Assembly (NCBI GenBank): GCA_937625935.1 | Contig: OW569386.1 | Span: forward strand, 310,001 to 374,000 | Source: Tetramitus jugosus | Taxonomy: Eukaryota; Protista; Heterolobosea | Length of the DNA stretch: 64,000 bases | Direction: 5' to 3' | Shown: positions 42,438 through 54,955 of the stretch, one piece after another | Position numbering within the stretch: position 1 is the stretch's first letter | How the letters are laid out: every line of letters starts with the position of its first letter | Made by a program: the position numbers and the translations under genes | The notes under the pieces: model-generated | Seen by the model: the letters and a program-made list of their open reading frames with translations, nothing else | The model's database searches: none | What the model was told of the DNA's origin: nothing

Positions 42438-43088
42438 TTATTCTTTCAGTCCGGCCAATCGATTCACCAGGTCATCATCCGGCAGCTCATCTTCCTCGAC
42501 AGGCTTTCTGACTGCACCTGTTGACAGTTTGCCCTTTCCAACAGAAACACCTCCTAGTTCCTTGCCCAGAATCTCACCCAACACATTGTCGACTTCACTG
42601 TCCACTTCATCTTCATCTTCATCGCCCAAGACACCATCCATCGTATCATTGATCATATCTTCCATAATTCCAGCCTTTTGCATCTCTTTGCTCATTTCAC
42701 GCATAGTAGCAGCAATTTCTGGCACCTTCATCAGATTGTTCATAATTTGCATTACTTCTGTTGACTTTGAAATGGCACCCATCACCTTGACTTGAGCTGC
42801 CTGTTGCTGCAGCTGCAGTGTAACAGAGTTGATTTGAGCTTTGGCGGTAAAAATTCGATTTTTGGCACGTCTCGATTGAACCATTTCCTTGGCTAGGATT
42901 CGCACGACTTGATTATCTCCCTTCTTTGCCGCTTTTTTGATTTCAAGCTTAAGCTTGAGTTCCTCTCGTTCAATCTGTCTCACTTGTCGATCCAAATTTC
43001 GGTTCTGTTCTCTCATGGTTCCCTTCCATTTTTTCACTTGTTCTTCAGGTGATAGTTTTTTACCAAATAGTGCGTCTGCGAGTCCCAT
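42438..43088 (-). CDS. CHMP3: ESCRT-III subunit CHMP3/Vps24
   Basis: PEEQVKKW...LDRQVRQIEREE...LAKEMVQSRRAK...KAQINSV...KSTEVM...KAGIMEDM; MIM tail RLAGLK. Confidence 0.93.
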   Translation of the reverse strand: MGLADALFGKKLSPEEQVKKWKGTMREQNRNLDRQVRQIEREELKLKLEIKKAAKKGDNQVVRILAKEMVQSRRAKNRIFTAKAQINSVTLQLQQQAAQVKVMGAISKSTEVMQIMNNLMKVPEIAATMREMSKEMQKAGIMEDMINDTMDGVLGDEDEDEVDSEVDNVLGEILGKELGGVSVGKGKLSTGAVRKPVEEDELPDDDLVNRLAGLKE

Positions 43089-43309
43089 TCTTCAGTCAGT
43101 GTTTCGATTGTTTTTTTGGTTCCTGTTGGTTTTTTGATTGTTTTGTTGCTGCTGAGTAGGGGAAACAATTTCTTTCTTGGGTCCGGTCTTCCAAGTTCGA
43201 ATTGGCGCCTCGTGGTTTACGACCGGAAAGAGTTCTGCTCCGTTCTGTTCTGGTGATTTCATCGACTCAAGAATCAACACACACACGAAAAAAAAAATGG
43301 AAAGGAGAG

Positions 43310-46225
43310 ATGAAGTTGATCAACAACACAAGTGCTGTGACGAGGAACAGTCGAGCAACACCGCCGATCAAACAACAACAAGGTGCTCCGTCTAGTCCTG
43401 CAACTAGTTCCAGCAGTCAGAGTAGCAAGGGTAGTAACAATGAGCTTCACTTGTACCACTCTAGGATCAAAAACATTTATCAGATCAAAACTCGTTTTCC
43501 ACATGTTAATACTGTCGAGTGCTTGAACTTGCATGGAAATCAGATATCGAAGATTCACCACATGAACGATTTTATATACTTGAGAGAGTTGAATCTGAGC
43601 TCTAACGAGATATCAAAAATGGAGGGACTCAATATGCTCCGTCATTTACAAGTTTTAAATCTGTCTAGCAACAGGATTGAGGAGATAGAAGGTCTATCCG
43701 AACTGTATCAACTGAAAAAGTTGGTGTTGTCTTATAATCGAATTGCGAGCTTGGCTGGGTTGTGTCAAATTCATGGAGCAAACTATCAAATTGAAGTGAT
43801 TGATTTGAGAGGCAATAGAGTGAAATCAATGAAAGAGGTTTCTCACCTATCAGGCTGTCACAAATTGAGAGAAGTGTATTTCCAGTATCAGAAACAGTTT
43901 GCAAATCCAGTGTGTGCTCAACAAAAGTATACTCAATATCTAATTCGAAAACTTCCGGCTCTGGCAATGTTGGATGGAGTTCCTCTGAAACAAAATTTAA
44001 CAAGTTCAGTTCACTTGTATCCCGGTCTCTCGAAGTACTCTGACTTGCTGGAAGAGGAAATATCAGCGACGTGTAGTGACCACACTATTACAAACGAACT
44101 TGACGAACAAATTGTGAATGAAGAGGAAGTTAACGAGGTTTCAGAAGAAGTACACTCAACACATGTTGATTCGAAGAAACATCTCGATTATTCGGATTCA
44201 AAACAAATGGGAGATCACGGAACTCAAACTTCGACACCAAGCGATAGATACGAAGATAGATGGGAGGAAGACGAACTAAATTACAGTTTCGACAGTGAGA
44301 TATCTGACAATGACTATGAAATGAAGCCTTTACCAACTGAATATTTCAATCAAAGTATCCAAACAGATACTCCTACTATCGATCGATTCGTTCCGTCATC
44401 AGACAAATGGACACAAGTAGCAATGAAGATTAATGATACCGAGGAAGTAAAATCATTGCAGAAACTACTAGAGAAGGCATACGAAGATCATAATTTGTTG
44501 ACTTCGCACGTGGAGAAGCTATGTCACGAACTAGGTTCAGCTAAGGTTTATATTCAGAATCGAGAAAGTGAATTGGCTGTCTTATCAGGAAAACGAAACA
44601 AGTTCGCTAAGTTATACAAAGAGTACAAACAAAGTAATGAAGAACAAGCACTGAAACTCTGTAAGGAAGCTGAAAAAGTCGAACAATTAAAATCAGAGAA
44701 TGAACAACTCAGAGAACACTGTAATAACTTGAAAGAGGAGATATCCACCATGAAACTTGACCTAGAAAAAGTGCAAGGACAAGTCAATATCAAGAGAGTT
44801 CAACAACAATCGGCTTTTGAAATGTCTATTGCAAAAATGAACGATGAAATGGAGGCGTACAAGTCAATCAACAGTCAGTTGAAGAAAGAGCTTCATTCTG
44901 CAACTGAGCAAATGAAAAAAGCAAGCGATTTCTACAAACTATCCAAACATGAAATGTCTAATGCTCATCAAGCCGAACTTCAATCCATTTTACAACGGCA
45001 TAGGACAGAGTTATCGAGCCGAGAGGAGCAATATCACAACAAGCTAGTTGAGAAAGAGAAGGAGCTGGAACAAAAGTATCGAGCTCAAATCGAGGAAATA
45101 GATAAGACCACGAAAGTAGAAAAGAAAAAGTTCGAAGATCATGATGGTGCTTTAAGGGACGCTTCAGCAACCATCTCAGAACTGAAAAGTATTTTGAAAG
45201 AGTACATGACGAAGGACTTGCATCTTAATGCAAAGAATGAAGAAAATATGAATATTATCAAACGACAGAAGAACACCATTAACGAAATGCTTGAAGTTAA
45301 AAATCAGAAGAATAATGAGATATCCAAACTGAAGAACTCCTTTGAACAACAGATTAACAAGTTAATACAACAGTATTCGAAGAAGGTTCCTGCGATGGAG
45401 CACGAGAATTCCAAGTTGAAGCAAGTAATTGAAAAACAAATCTCTACGATTCATCAACTCGAGAAGACTTTGACCGAAAATAATGAACAATACAAGGAGC
45501 ACAACAAGGAATTGCTATCCCTTCGAGAAAAGATGGAACAACTGACTAAGGAACTAGTTCTTTATCGCTCCCAAGAATCAGATTTCAAGCAACAGCTCAC
45601 ACTCAAAGATGTCATCATTGAGGACAATAACAAAGCAATACAAGAGTACAGACAAAAATTGAATGATCTGAAACTGAAGGAATCTGACAGATCGGAGACA
45701 AGCAGGGCGATCAAACAAGAACTGAATGATTACATCTCGTCCAACGAAGCACTGGAAGACAAGATTCGAGAGCTGGAGGATGACATGGACGAGTTAAAGA
45801 ACAAAGTGCGTGTAGGTAAAATGAAACGTAATGAGTTAAGAGATGTACTGCAGCAAAAGGAGAAGGCGTTGGAAGCTTGCGAGAATCAATATCAGCAATA
45901 CGTCAGTACGAGTCAAAAGCACATGAAAGAGCTCGAATCAAAGTACATTCAACAACTTCGAAGCGCTCAACTATTGTTCGACAATATCAAATCTGAACTG
46001 GAAAAGGTCCAATTGTCGACAGAGAAGGCCAAATCCGATCGAGCTATCGCTCTTCAAGACACTGAGAAACTACTGAAGCTGAGTGAGAACCTCAAGGAAA
46101 AATTGAAGCTCAAGGAACAGGAATTGAGCTCTGCAAAGCGTGATGCTCAACTTCACCAACAGCACTCTGACGAATTGCAAGAAAAGCTCGTGAAACTCAC
46201 GAGCGCTTTTCGCTCCATTTCTTAA
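43310..46225 (+). CDS. Leucine-rich-repeat plus long coiled-coil centriolar protein (LRRCC1-like)
   Basis: SDS22-type LRRs (LNLHGNQI, LNLSSNEI, LVLSYNRI), LRR cap NPVC...LPALAMLDG, about 600 aa coiled coil. Confidence 0.75.
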   Translation: MKLINNTSAVTRNSRATPPIKQQQGAPSSPATSSSSQSSKGSNNELHLYHSRIKNIYQIKTRFPHVNTVECLNLHGNQISKIHHMNDFIYLRELNLSSNEISKMEGLNMLRHLQVLNLSSNRIEEIEGLSELYQLKKLVLSYNRIASLAGLCQIHGANYQIEVIDLRGNRVKSMKEVSHLSGCHKLREVYFQYQKQFANPVCAQQKYTQYLIRKLPALAMLDGVPLKQNLTSSVHLYPGLSKYSDLLEEEISATCSDHTITNELDEQIVNEEEVNEVSEEVHSTHVDSKKHLDYSDSKQMGDHGTQTSTPSDRYEDRWEEDELNYSFDSEISDNDYEMKPLPTEYFNQSIQTDTPTIDRFVPSSDKWTQVAMKINDTEEVKSLQKLLEKAYEDHNLLTSHVEKLCHELGSAKVYIQNRESELAVLSGKRNKFAKLYKEYKQSNEEQALKLCKEAEKVEQLKSENEQLREHCNNLKEEISTMKLDLEKVQGQVNIKRVQQQSAFEMSIAKMNDEMEAYKSINSQLKKELHSATEQMKKASDFYKLSKHEMSNAHQAELQSILQRHRTELSSREEQYHNKLVEKEKELEQKYRAQIEEIDKTTKVEKKKFEDHDGALRDASATISELKSILKEYMTKDLHLNAKNEENMNIIKRQKNTINEMLEVKNQKNNEISKLKNSFEQQINKLIQQYSKKVPAMEHENSKLKQVIEKQISTIHQLEKTLTENNEQYKEHNKELLSLREKMEQLTKELVLYRSQESDFKQQLTLKDVIIEDNNKAIQEYRQKLNDLKLKESDRSETSRAIKQELNDYISSNEALEDKIRELEDDMDELKNKVRVGKMKRNELRDVLQQKEKALEACENQYQQYVSTSQKHMKELESKYIQQLRSAQLLFDNIKSELEKVQLSTEKAKSDRAIALQDTEKLLKLSENLKEKLKLKEQELSSAKRDAQLHQQHSDELQEKLVKLTSAFRSIS

Positions 46226-46428
46226 CGCGGAAAACAGTGATCGGATTTTTTTGGCGCCAAGATTTTTCGGTTCAACCTTTTTCTGGTGAAAAATATTTTA
46301 TTTTTTGGCCACGAAAGAAAGCAAAAAAACGAACAAAGACGAACCAAGCGCCCTTAAGTCTGCGATCACTCTAATACACAACTAGATCATTGTTGATTGA
46401 GACTAATGATATCCGATTCGAGACGATC

Positions 46429-49350
46429 ATGAAGCCAAACGATTCCAGACAACAGTCAAAAAACCATCATCATCATCACAACCATGGCAAAAATATCTTA
46501 TTGGAACTATTGAATGACTTTGATTCGGATTCAGAGAATGATGAAGATTTTCAAATGCCAGACGAAGAGATTGAAGAGAAGAGTGAAGATGCTGTGCTCA
46601 TGAGTGAAGATGAAACAGAAATCAACCAAACTGATTATGAGCAACAACAACAACAGCAACAATATCAATTAGATGTGGAGCAGCAACAAACTGCAGCATC
46701 ATACATGGGACATCCGAATTCATACATGTTTATCGATGCAGCAACTGCGGCCGCTGCACAACAGAGTGCAATGATCAATACGTTTCAGCCTGCATATTAT
46801 CAGAATGTGTTAGTACCTGGTCCAGATGGATATTCCATGGCAACTGTAGTCATACCTACACAAACGACCTTTCCTTTTGCAATGACGACGACTGATACGG
46901 CATCTGCTTCGTCACCCATGAATACTACCAGTGCAGTTGCAGCGGTATCATCATCAGGTACATCATCGTCTTCTTCTTCTTCGGCAATGACTCCTTTGGA
47001 GGCAAATGGTGCAGTGTCGAGTTCGCGTGATAGCACGACGAAAATTACAACACCTAGTAAGAGAGTGCACTTTGCTCAAACAACATTGAATGATGAGCAA
47101 GAAGATGATGATTTTGTGTTCGATAGGCCCATTACGTCACAAGAGTTATCCGATTTGTACATTGATTCGTTTTTCACTGCACTCGAAGAAGATGAACAAG
47201 AGGATTTTGATTATGCCCCGAATACGGATGTGCTTCAGAGTAATGATGCTGAAGAATATCGGTTGGATCCTATTCCCTTGAAGGAAGTTGCTTTTCTGTT
47301 GCGTGATTCAGGGGGAGATGTCAATGATACGGAAGGTTCTTCTGTCCGCAGTCCACTCACACCGAAACGTGCCAAAAAGAGAGTGGATCGCTCTCCGTCA
47401 CCACCACCGCGGCCTCATTACGTTCCAGAAACACTGTTCGATGACGCAGATTTGAAACGATTAAAGGAACAGATTGCAACGCATCATCAACTACTGCTGC
47501 AGACATATAGTTTGTCCTATTTGGATCAGATGTGTGATAGTCAGACTTCAGCCTCTGCAGGAGGAAAACCGAAACCACTGTATGATCATACTGCGAGTGC
47601 TTCGATGAACAAGACACAAGCGAGTACAGTGTCAACGTCCTTGTCTAATGCCACAAAGTCAGACAACGGTAACAACAAAAATAATACTGCATATTTCTCC
47701 TCGTTTTTGCACTCTGGAGTCATACCCATGGTGAATACAGGCAAAACAAATGATGTATTACCAAATGTAAATAATATGATGTTCCAGCAGAGCAATACAA
47801 GTCGCAACGATAATCGGAATCAAAACAATCGATTCAAGCAAAAGAAGGGGAAAAAGAAGAAGAAGCACCAAAGAGAAGAGAATGGTGAATCATCCAAACT
47901 TGTTGATTCTAGGTTAGTTCACGAGAAAGTGAAATCAATGATACATAGCTTGCACAATCAAGCAAACACGAATCATCGTGTCAAAACCGGATACGAGAAG
48001 AGTGTGTGGACATATAGGCATCGATATGACCGGGCACCAACATCGCCCTCACCCTCGCCTACTTCAGTGCAAACCATTCTGCTGTTAGCGATACCAGCAT
48101 ATCTACAAACTGTCGCCAACTATTTCATTCGTGCGATTGAAACGTCGGATATTGAGTATTTAAAGGAGAAATTAGGAGAATTATACAACGAGTATAATGT
48201 CTTGTGGCCGTATCGAGAGTCACTGCCCAATTTTGCAGAAGGATATCCATACAAGGAGAAATCAAAACTAGGAAGACTAAACTTTACGAAACCAGAGGAC
48301 AAGCTTCTCGTGCTAGGTTTGGAACGGTTTGGTGTCGGCTCATGGCGCAACATTCGTGACTCACTGCTCCCCACGAAAACAATTGCCCAGCTACAGCATC
48401 GATACAAGAATATGAGTGCTGGCAAGGCACCCATGGAAGACAATCCAATCAAAGAGTTTTACATTAATCGGAAGAAGCCATTAACAGACGAGGAATGGAA
48501 CAAGATTGATCTGGGTATTCAAAAGTATGGTTCCAAATCTCAAAAAGCATGGGAGGACCTGACCAAGGAATTCTTTCCATACACTAGGGACGCCACGTTC
48601 GTTAGGGATCAATGGCTACAGAAATACGAACCAGATAAGTACCGTCAAGAACAAGAGAAGAGAAAGGATGCAGCCAAGAAGAGAAAGAGATCAGACAGCG
48701 ACATTGAAGGTAGAATCACTCCTGTGCAGCCCCAACCTGGCAGCAGCTATCACCAGGTGAGCGAAAGCGCTATCAATGGATCCTCTTCACATCACCACCC
48801 ACTCAGTCAACCCATGCCCACGGAAGAAGAACAAATACCGAATGACATACTGATGATGTCCCTGCCTTCTCTGCCTTCACTCCCCGGTCTACCAAACGGT
48901 GACTCCTTGTTGGCTCTCACTTCCAATTCGGCTCACAAAATGATGCCTGCTCAGTCCACTGATTCCAAACAGGAGGAACAGCAACAGTCACCACAGCAGC
49001 AACACCAACAACAACAACAAGAGATAGTTTGGGAAGTGGAGGAGTTGTCTGATCAGGATGACGATGATGATGCTAGCATGGGACATGAGATGACTGACAA
49101 CAGGAACAGCAACACTGGTCATCACTATCAAGACAATATACCTGATAATGTCATGGTGATCAATGGTCAAAAAGTGACGTGGACACTGGAGGATGATCGT
49201 AAGATTCTGACAGCGTCTCTCAAGCACCAGGGAGGCAAAGAGAAGATATGGCACGAATTGGTGGAACAGAGAGTGATCGCGAACAAGGATGTGAACATGA
49301 TCACCAAACGATACGAATGGCTCATTAAGCGGTTGCAGTGCAACTTGTAA
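46429..49350 (+). CDS. GON4L/DUO3-like Myb/SANT transcriptional regulator
   Basis: RLKEQIATHHQLLLQTY; FTKPEDKLLVLGLERFG...LLPTKT...RYKN...NPIK; second Myb repeat; C-terminal WTLEDDRKIL. Confidence 0.8.
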   Translation: MKPNDSRQQSKNHHHHHNHGKNILLELLNDFDSDSENDEDFQMPDEEIEEKSEDAVLMSEDETEINQTDYEQQQQQQQYQLDVEQQQTAASYMGHPNSYMFIDAATAAAAQQSAMINTFQPAYYQNVLVPGPDGYSMATVVIPTQTTFPFAMTTTDTASASSPMNTTSAVAAVSSSGTSSSSSSSAMTPLEANGAVSSSRDSTTKITTPSKRVHFAQTTLNDEQEDDDFVFDRPITSQELSDLYIDSFFTALEEDEQEDFDYAPNTDVLQSNDAEEYRLDPIPLKEVAFLLRDSGGDVNDTEGSSVRSPLTPKRAKKRVDRSPSPPPRPHYVPETLFDDADLKRLKEQIATHHQLLLQTYSLSYLDQMCDSQTSASAGGKPKPLYDHTASASMNKTQASTVSTSLSNATKSDNGNNKNNTAYFSSFLHSGVIPMVNTGKTNDVLPNVNNMMFQQSNTSRNDNRNQNNRFKQKKGKKKKKHQREENGESSKLVDSRLVHEKVKSMIHSLHNQANTNHRVKTGYEKSVWTYRHRYDRAPTSPSPSPTSVQTILLLAIPAYLQTVANYFIRAIETSDIEYLKEKLGELYNEYNVLWPYRESLPNFAEGYPYKEKSKLGRLNFTKPEDKLLVLGLERFGVGSWRNIRDSLLPTKTIAQLQHRYKNMSAGKAPMEDNPIKEFYINRKKPLTDEEWNKIDLGIQKYGSKSQKAWEDLTKEFFPYTRDATFVRDQWLQKYEPDKYRQEQEKRKDAAKKRKRSDSDIEGRITPVQPQPGSSYHQVSESAINGSSSHHHPLSQPMPTEEEQIPNDILMMSLPSLPSLPGLPNGDSLLALTSNSAHKMMPAQSTDSKQEEQQQSPQQQHQQQQQEIVWEVEELSDQDDDDDASMGHEMTDNRNSNTGHHYQDNIPDNVMVINGQKVTWTLEDDRKILTASLKHQGGKEKIWHELVEQRVIANKDVNMITKRYEWLIKRLQCNL

Positions 49351-49446
49351 AAATTTTAGGCATATTTTTATGGTGTGCTCCATTGGAGAGTGTGTATGGT
49401 GATACATTTTGATCTTTTTATATTACAATGACTTCTCGTGATCGCA

Positions 49447-49710
49447 TTAAGCAGCCATGTTATCTGGTGTAGACGTGGATCTCTGAGTTCTCGAATCACC
49501 AACAAACTCCTTGTCTATTGCTGGAATATCACCTCCCTTGGTGGTGGGAACATTCTCGTCCAGTTCATTGTACGTTCCACCGTGAAGATCAGGATCAATG
49601 ATTCGATCGTTCAAGTTGTACTTGAGTTTTGCTTCTTGTAACAGTTCTGTTGCCTTGTTGTGTCTACTGGGATGAGAAGTCTCATCCATTTTGTTGTCCG
49701 GTTCAACCAT
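49447..49710 (-). CDS. Small hypothetical hydrophilic protein
   Basis: 87-aa ATG ORF with A/C-rich leader and coding-like composition. Confidence 0.45.
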   Translation of the reverse strand: MVEPDNKMDETSHPSRHNKATELLQEAKLKYNLNDRIIDPDLHGGTYNELDENVPTTKGGDIPAIDKEFVGDSRTQRSTSTPDNMAA

Positions 49711-49947
49711 GGTCTTTAATTTTGTCGTTTGTGTTCTTTTTGTTACCACTTCGTTTGTAATCGTATTGTATCCGATGTGATCCTTGTGTGGGATGATTTT
49801 ATTGTTGTATTAATACCATGAAACTAAATCAATCTAATTTGAGAACAACCGAGAGTTTACAGTTCGACCAAGGAAGGAATTCTTCCGCCACCAGAACTAA
49901 TTCAGCGAACTTCTCCGTTTTCGAAACAAAGAAAAACGAGTTCGAAG

Positions 49948-50922
49948 ATGGATAAGCATCAATTTGATGTTGACCAGGAACTGAATCTGGCTGATGATGC
50001 AAAAGAAGAATACTTGACACTCAATATTTACGAGTTGTTGTCATGTGATCTCCAAATGTACATGTTAACATTCTTGTCCATTCCTGATCTGTACTCTGTT
50101 GCGTTGAGTAACTCACATGGTGCATTCTTGGTGCTGAGTTCTGAAGCTGATGAATATGTTTGGAAATCGATGGCTGGTCACCTCGGTATCCACATGGCTG
50201 TTGACAATAATGGACAAATGTTGATTCGAGATGTGTCACTACCAACAGGTGAAAGCTTGGTTGAGGATAGCAATTGTCCACCACCAGAAACAACCACCAA
50301 GTGGAGAACCTTGGTTTATTCAAACATGATCAAGTGGGATCCAGAGACAAGAACACCAGACTCTACGCTTGTTATGCACAATAACAATAAGACCATATCA
50401 TGTGAACGTCCTTCCGGGTGGCAAACGATTCGAGCCACCAAAATTCTAAAGATGGGAATGGTTCACTGTTGGGAATACGTTTTAGAAGATCACGATAATG
50501 GAGATTACAATTTGTATCGAATGTTCGTAGGTATTGAGAAAAGTACTTCCGCATTTACTGAAGAAGGAGCCAATAAGATTATAGGATACAGCAGCGAAGG
50601 GATTGGCTACAATATTGGTGAACATTCCATTCACAGAGAAAAGACAACTCACACTGGAGAAAAATCTATTCTGCACAAGAAGCAGTTCAATTTCAGCACA
50701 GGTGACACGATTGCAATCAAGCTCGATTTACTCTCAGAGACTGCTGCCATGCATCTCTTCAAGAACAATGAATACTTTCACACGATTACAGACATTCCCA
50801 CCCAAGGAATCGAATACTATCCTGCTATTTCAATCATCGGACGTCATCGAGTTCACATTCGAACCAAACATTCATCCAATCTCAAGGTATCAACAACAAG
50901 AATTGACGAAGAGAGTGTGTAG
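49948..50922 (+). CDS. F-box plus SPRY/B30.2-domain protein
   Basis: F-box LSCDLQMYMLTFLSIPDLYSVAL...VWK; SPRY HCWEY...MFVGI...GDTIAIKLDL...FKN...YYPAIS. Confidence 0.85.
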   Translation: MDKHQFDVDQELNLADDAKEEYLTLNIYELLSCDLQMYMLTFLSIPDLYSVALSNSHGAFLVLSSEADEYVWKSMAGHLGIHMAVDNNGQMLIRDVSLPTGESLVEDSNCPPPETTTKWRTLVYSNMIKWDPETRTPDSTLVMHNNNKTISCERPSGWQTIRATKILKMGMVHCWEYVLEDHDNGDYNLYRMFVGIEKSTSAFTEEGANKIIGYSSEGIGYNIGEHSIHREKTTHTGEKSILHKKQFNFSTGDTIAIKLDLLSETAAMHLFKNNEYFHTITDIPTQGIEYYPAISIIGRHRVHIRTKHSSNLKVSTTRIDEESV

Positions 50923-50978
50923 ACGAAATGATGAGTCTCAATCCAGTTAAGAGCTGCTAGTCACGAAAGCTCAAATAT

Positions 50979-52143
50979 TTATTTACCACCAAGCACCTTT
51001 GGGAGCACCCCGCCCAACACTCCTCCAGTTATCAGTACTACCAGAGCAATCAAGGCAGCGATCACACCAACAACAACCAAGAATGTGCAAGAACAAGCCC
51101 TGGTCTTTGACGCCATTTTTCGGGCACTCTTCAGATTACTGATTCCCGACTCCACATATGATATACTCCTCTCAACGTTGTGCTCTATATTGTCCAATAA
51201 ATCACCTTGCATCTGTAAAAGTGCGTGCATATCCTGAAACATTTCGTGAAGCTCCTCCATGGATTCTTCCAATCTGACCAAGTCATCATGTGTTTCCTTA
51301 ATTTGATTATAAGTCGCCTTTATCGTGTGACCATCAGCTGCATCCAACCTCTGAGAAAACACTGTTTCGAGTTGAATTTCGCCCTTGTCCACCTTTTCTT
51401 TAATCTCCTTCTCGCTCATTTCATCTCCCACGGCTACCTTAACTAACCGCACCAAATTATTCTTGTAGCTCTCTTTGTGATCCACCTGTACATCATTGTA
51501 TACGGTCATTGCTGAAAAGAATTCCTCTGTTAGTGATGCATGCTGGTTCTGTCGAATTCGTACCTCAGAACTATTCTTCTTCTCGGAATTTAGCTTCTTA
51601 TTGTCTTCTCCCATCTTGTTCAGAGCCTTCTTCGTCTCTGATAGATCGCTCTGCAATCGATCTTCTATTTCTTTGGCATCCTGTTTCATTTCTATTCATT
51701 GAATATGTCACACACATGCTATTCGAAAAACAACCCATATCAACAAACAGTAGTCACTTACGCTTGGATTTCTTATCACTCTGAGTCGATGATTCCATCT
51801 TTTTATATTGCTTTCTTAACAGCTCAGTGTTCGTCTCTATCCGCTCAATCAACTCCTTTACTTTGCCTACTTCAGAGTAGAAAGCATCGAGGAACATGGA
51901 GTCTTCAGGTATGAGTTTTCCATTGTTGTACCCTCCACTTTGATTCTCCAGGTCTTGATTCATGATATCATCGAATTCAATCTGATCTAAATCATCATTC
52001 TCATATTGGCCTTTGCGCTACATTCAACAAGTAGTCAGTCAAATGATGTTAGGAATTAAGTGCTTTTAGAACTCCTCATATGAACTGGAAAACGATTACC
52101 AATGAACAGCACATACGCTCAAATCTTTCATACGGTCCTTCAT
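50979..52143 (-). CDS. Plasma-membrane syntaxin (Qa-SNARE); exons 52143-52117, 52017-51762, 51691-50979
   Basis: N-peptide MKDRMKDL; Habc domain; SNARE motif LEESMEELHEMFQDM...QGDLLDNIE; C-terminal TM; two in-frame GT-AG introns. Confidence 0.9.
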
Positions 52144-52341
52144 TTCTAGATATTCAGTTCACTATTTGCTTCTGTAGCACTCACACGTTTTTAGATGAAG
52201 TTCGGGCCATCGAAATTTTTCCAAGAATGAAAATATCAAAACAATTGTAGATGAATAAACGGGCGCGCGGATTTCTCAAGAGATTCGAGGGTGAGTGATC
52301 TAGAACTCATGTGTATTTGTTTTAGAAGTTGCAAAAGTGCT

Positions 52342-54955
52342 TCAGAAGAAATCATCCACAGTGTAGGCAGCGTTTGTGCGTGGTGCATGACCATTCTTTG
52401 GTGTCTCATCGAATTGAGCCACAAATGTGTGATCGTCCACTGGTTGTTGAGGTACGGTGGGACTTTCAACCTTTTTGCTTCTATCCAATGCCCTAGGATT
52501 AAATCCTCCACCACTGGAGCTCACAGGTTTCGTTGGCGCTGGCTTTTGGGGTGGCTGCCATTTTGGTTGTGTCTGGGTTTGCTGCTGCGGTTGTGGTTGG
52601 ACGGGTGTCCTCATGGGTTGCTGCTGTTGCTGTTGTGGTGCTTGCTGTCGAGAAACAAATTGTTGTGCTTGCTGCTGTTGCTGCTGTTGCTGTTGTTGCC
52701 TAAATTGTGATAATTGCTGCTGTTGAACAACCTCGGATGGTTTTTGAGGCAGAATAACCTTACCCGTGGACAGTCTCTGATTCACAAGCACAGCAGCTTC
52801 TGAATTCACATATGAAGAGGAAGAAATAGGCTCAGATCCAGAAGATCTCTTACCGAACGCACTGTCAATCGATGTAGTCGTAACAGTTCTATGATCAGAT
52901 TTCGTCAGCTCCATTGCTCCAAAGGATGTTCTCAATTGTTGCACTTTGGAAGTGCTGATTGTTGCTGATGCAGAACTTGTCTTTCGTGTTGGTTGAAACA
53001 CCGATGAGGTAATGGAAGCATCATACGTTGCTGCTGATGGAACCACAGTTGTCGTTGTTGTCGGAGACGATGGCATAATAATTGGAGAATTAGAACCACT
53101 GCTGCGAGAGCTGCTTGTGCTATTGCGGTTGTTCGAACTTGTGTCATCAAACGGACTCTCATCATCCAAATCAATCAACTTTCCATTGCTCGTATTCCTC
53201 TTCTGTGCCAACAAGTGCTTGGGCACGGGTGGAGGAGCGGCCGACGACGTTGCAGAAGTAATTTTCGCTGGTCCGGACTGTGAGTATGACACATTGAAGG
53301 AAGCAAACACTGGCTTGTGATCACTGAACCTAGACTCTGAACGATTGTACACTTGTTGCACGCACTTTAAATTCTCATACTCTACATTGCGATAAAAGAC
53401 ACGATCGGTCCAACTTGGTATTCTGTCCTTCTTCTTCTTGACTGTGCCCAAGATGATTTTGCTCGTCGATTTCACTTTTCCAATCTTTTCTGCGTTTCGT
53501 TCGCTGTCGTACACATCGGAGCCTGTAATGTACTTGTACGTGGGCGCAAAATTAATATCACCTTCCACGAATCCTAACTTGTGCAACTGTAAATGATCCT
53601 TCTTCAACTCTGTGGACAATTGATCAAATTTGAGCAGGAATTTGAGTCGTCCATCTTCAATCTTTTGCTGAATTTCAGCCGTGTTCCAATTGCCTACACT
53701 ATTATCAATACGATAATTGAAATCTCCAAACACAAATGTGAGTGGATGATCAGAGACAGCTATGGCATGACCAGTGTACGGATTCACAAATCGTGTCGTA
53801 CTCAATATACTGTTCAAATTGTTGTTTCGCGCCACAATATTTTTCTGATGAGCCGCCAAATGACAATTGATAAAGCACAGGCCTAGATCATGAAGATCGA
53901 AACGAACAGCGATCGATCCCTTGTTGCCCAACACACCGGACAAACCTTCGCGAATAATACAGTTTTTCACATTGTCAATGGATGGAACGAGCTTTCTCTT
54001 GACAAACACAACGAGGCACAGACCAACGAGTTGATGAATACACAGCATTGTATATTCTTCCTTTTGCTTGGAGAAGACTGTTTTGAGTGTGTGTTCCCAC
54101 TTTAGCTTTTGATCCGTTTGTTCCGTTACGAGAGCTTTACCAGTCATTTCCACTTCCTAAAAGCAATCAACATACACATACACACACATACATGATTGTT
54201 AGCTATTGACAACTACAAAAAAAATGAACGACAACAACATGATATCATTCATCACAATAAAACATGAAACCAACAAAAAAAAAATATGAACGACGACTCA
54301 AACAAGAAAAAAGAAAAAGCAAACGTACTTGAAATCCAATAGCATACACATCAGCACACCTCTGATCCAACAATAACCACCTTTCAATATCACTAACAAG
54401 TGAATTCTTTGCTCTATATTCTTGTTCTTCCAATCTCAACGTTTCATTCATGGCCAACACATCTTTGAATTTATTCTGTTGTGGTTGTTGTGATTGTTGA
54501 CTTGTCATGACCACATCACCATTACTATTGTTAGTATCATTATCATCACTATCACTATCACTACTCATATCATGATTGTTAGTACTATTATTGATATAGT
54601 TGTTATTATTGTTGTTGTTGTTGTTCATATCAAAGTCACTTCCATCAACTGTATATTCTGTTGTAGTTGTTGATGATAGATCATCTGTTGAAAAATCAAG
54701 TTGTGAATCAAAATTGTTATAGTTGGCAGTAGAGTATCTCTTTCTATAAAAATCACTTGAGCTATTATAGCTTGAACTACTACTACTATAGCTACTATAG
54801 CTACTGTAGCTACTATTATTATTGTTGTTGTTGTTGATGGTGTTGTTGTAAGCAGAGAGATGAGTTTGATGAACAATTGTTTTTCGAACTTCTTCTACTG
54901 GTTCTTGTGAATTGACATTCCATGTACCTACGATAATGTCCAACTGGAATGACAT
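52342..54955 (-). CDS. Inositol polyphosphate 5-phosphatase; exons 54955-54329 and 54156-52342
   Basis: GTWNVN; splicing restores IGFQE; GNKGSI, CHLAAH, FGDFNYR, FAPTYKY, PSWTDRV, SDHKPV. Confidence 0.92.

Noticed and set aside
52457-52726. Cys-rich metallothionein-like ORF
   Set aside because: Antisense shadow of the poly-Gln (CAG/CAA) tract of the 5-phosphatase.
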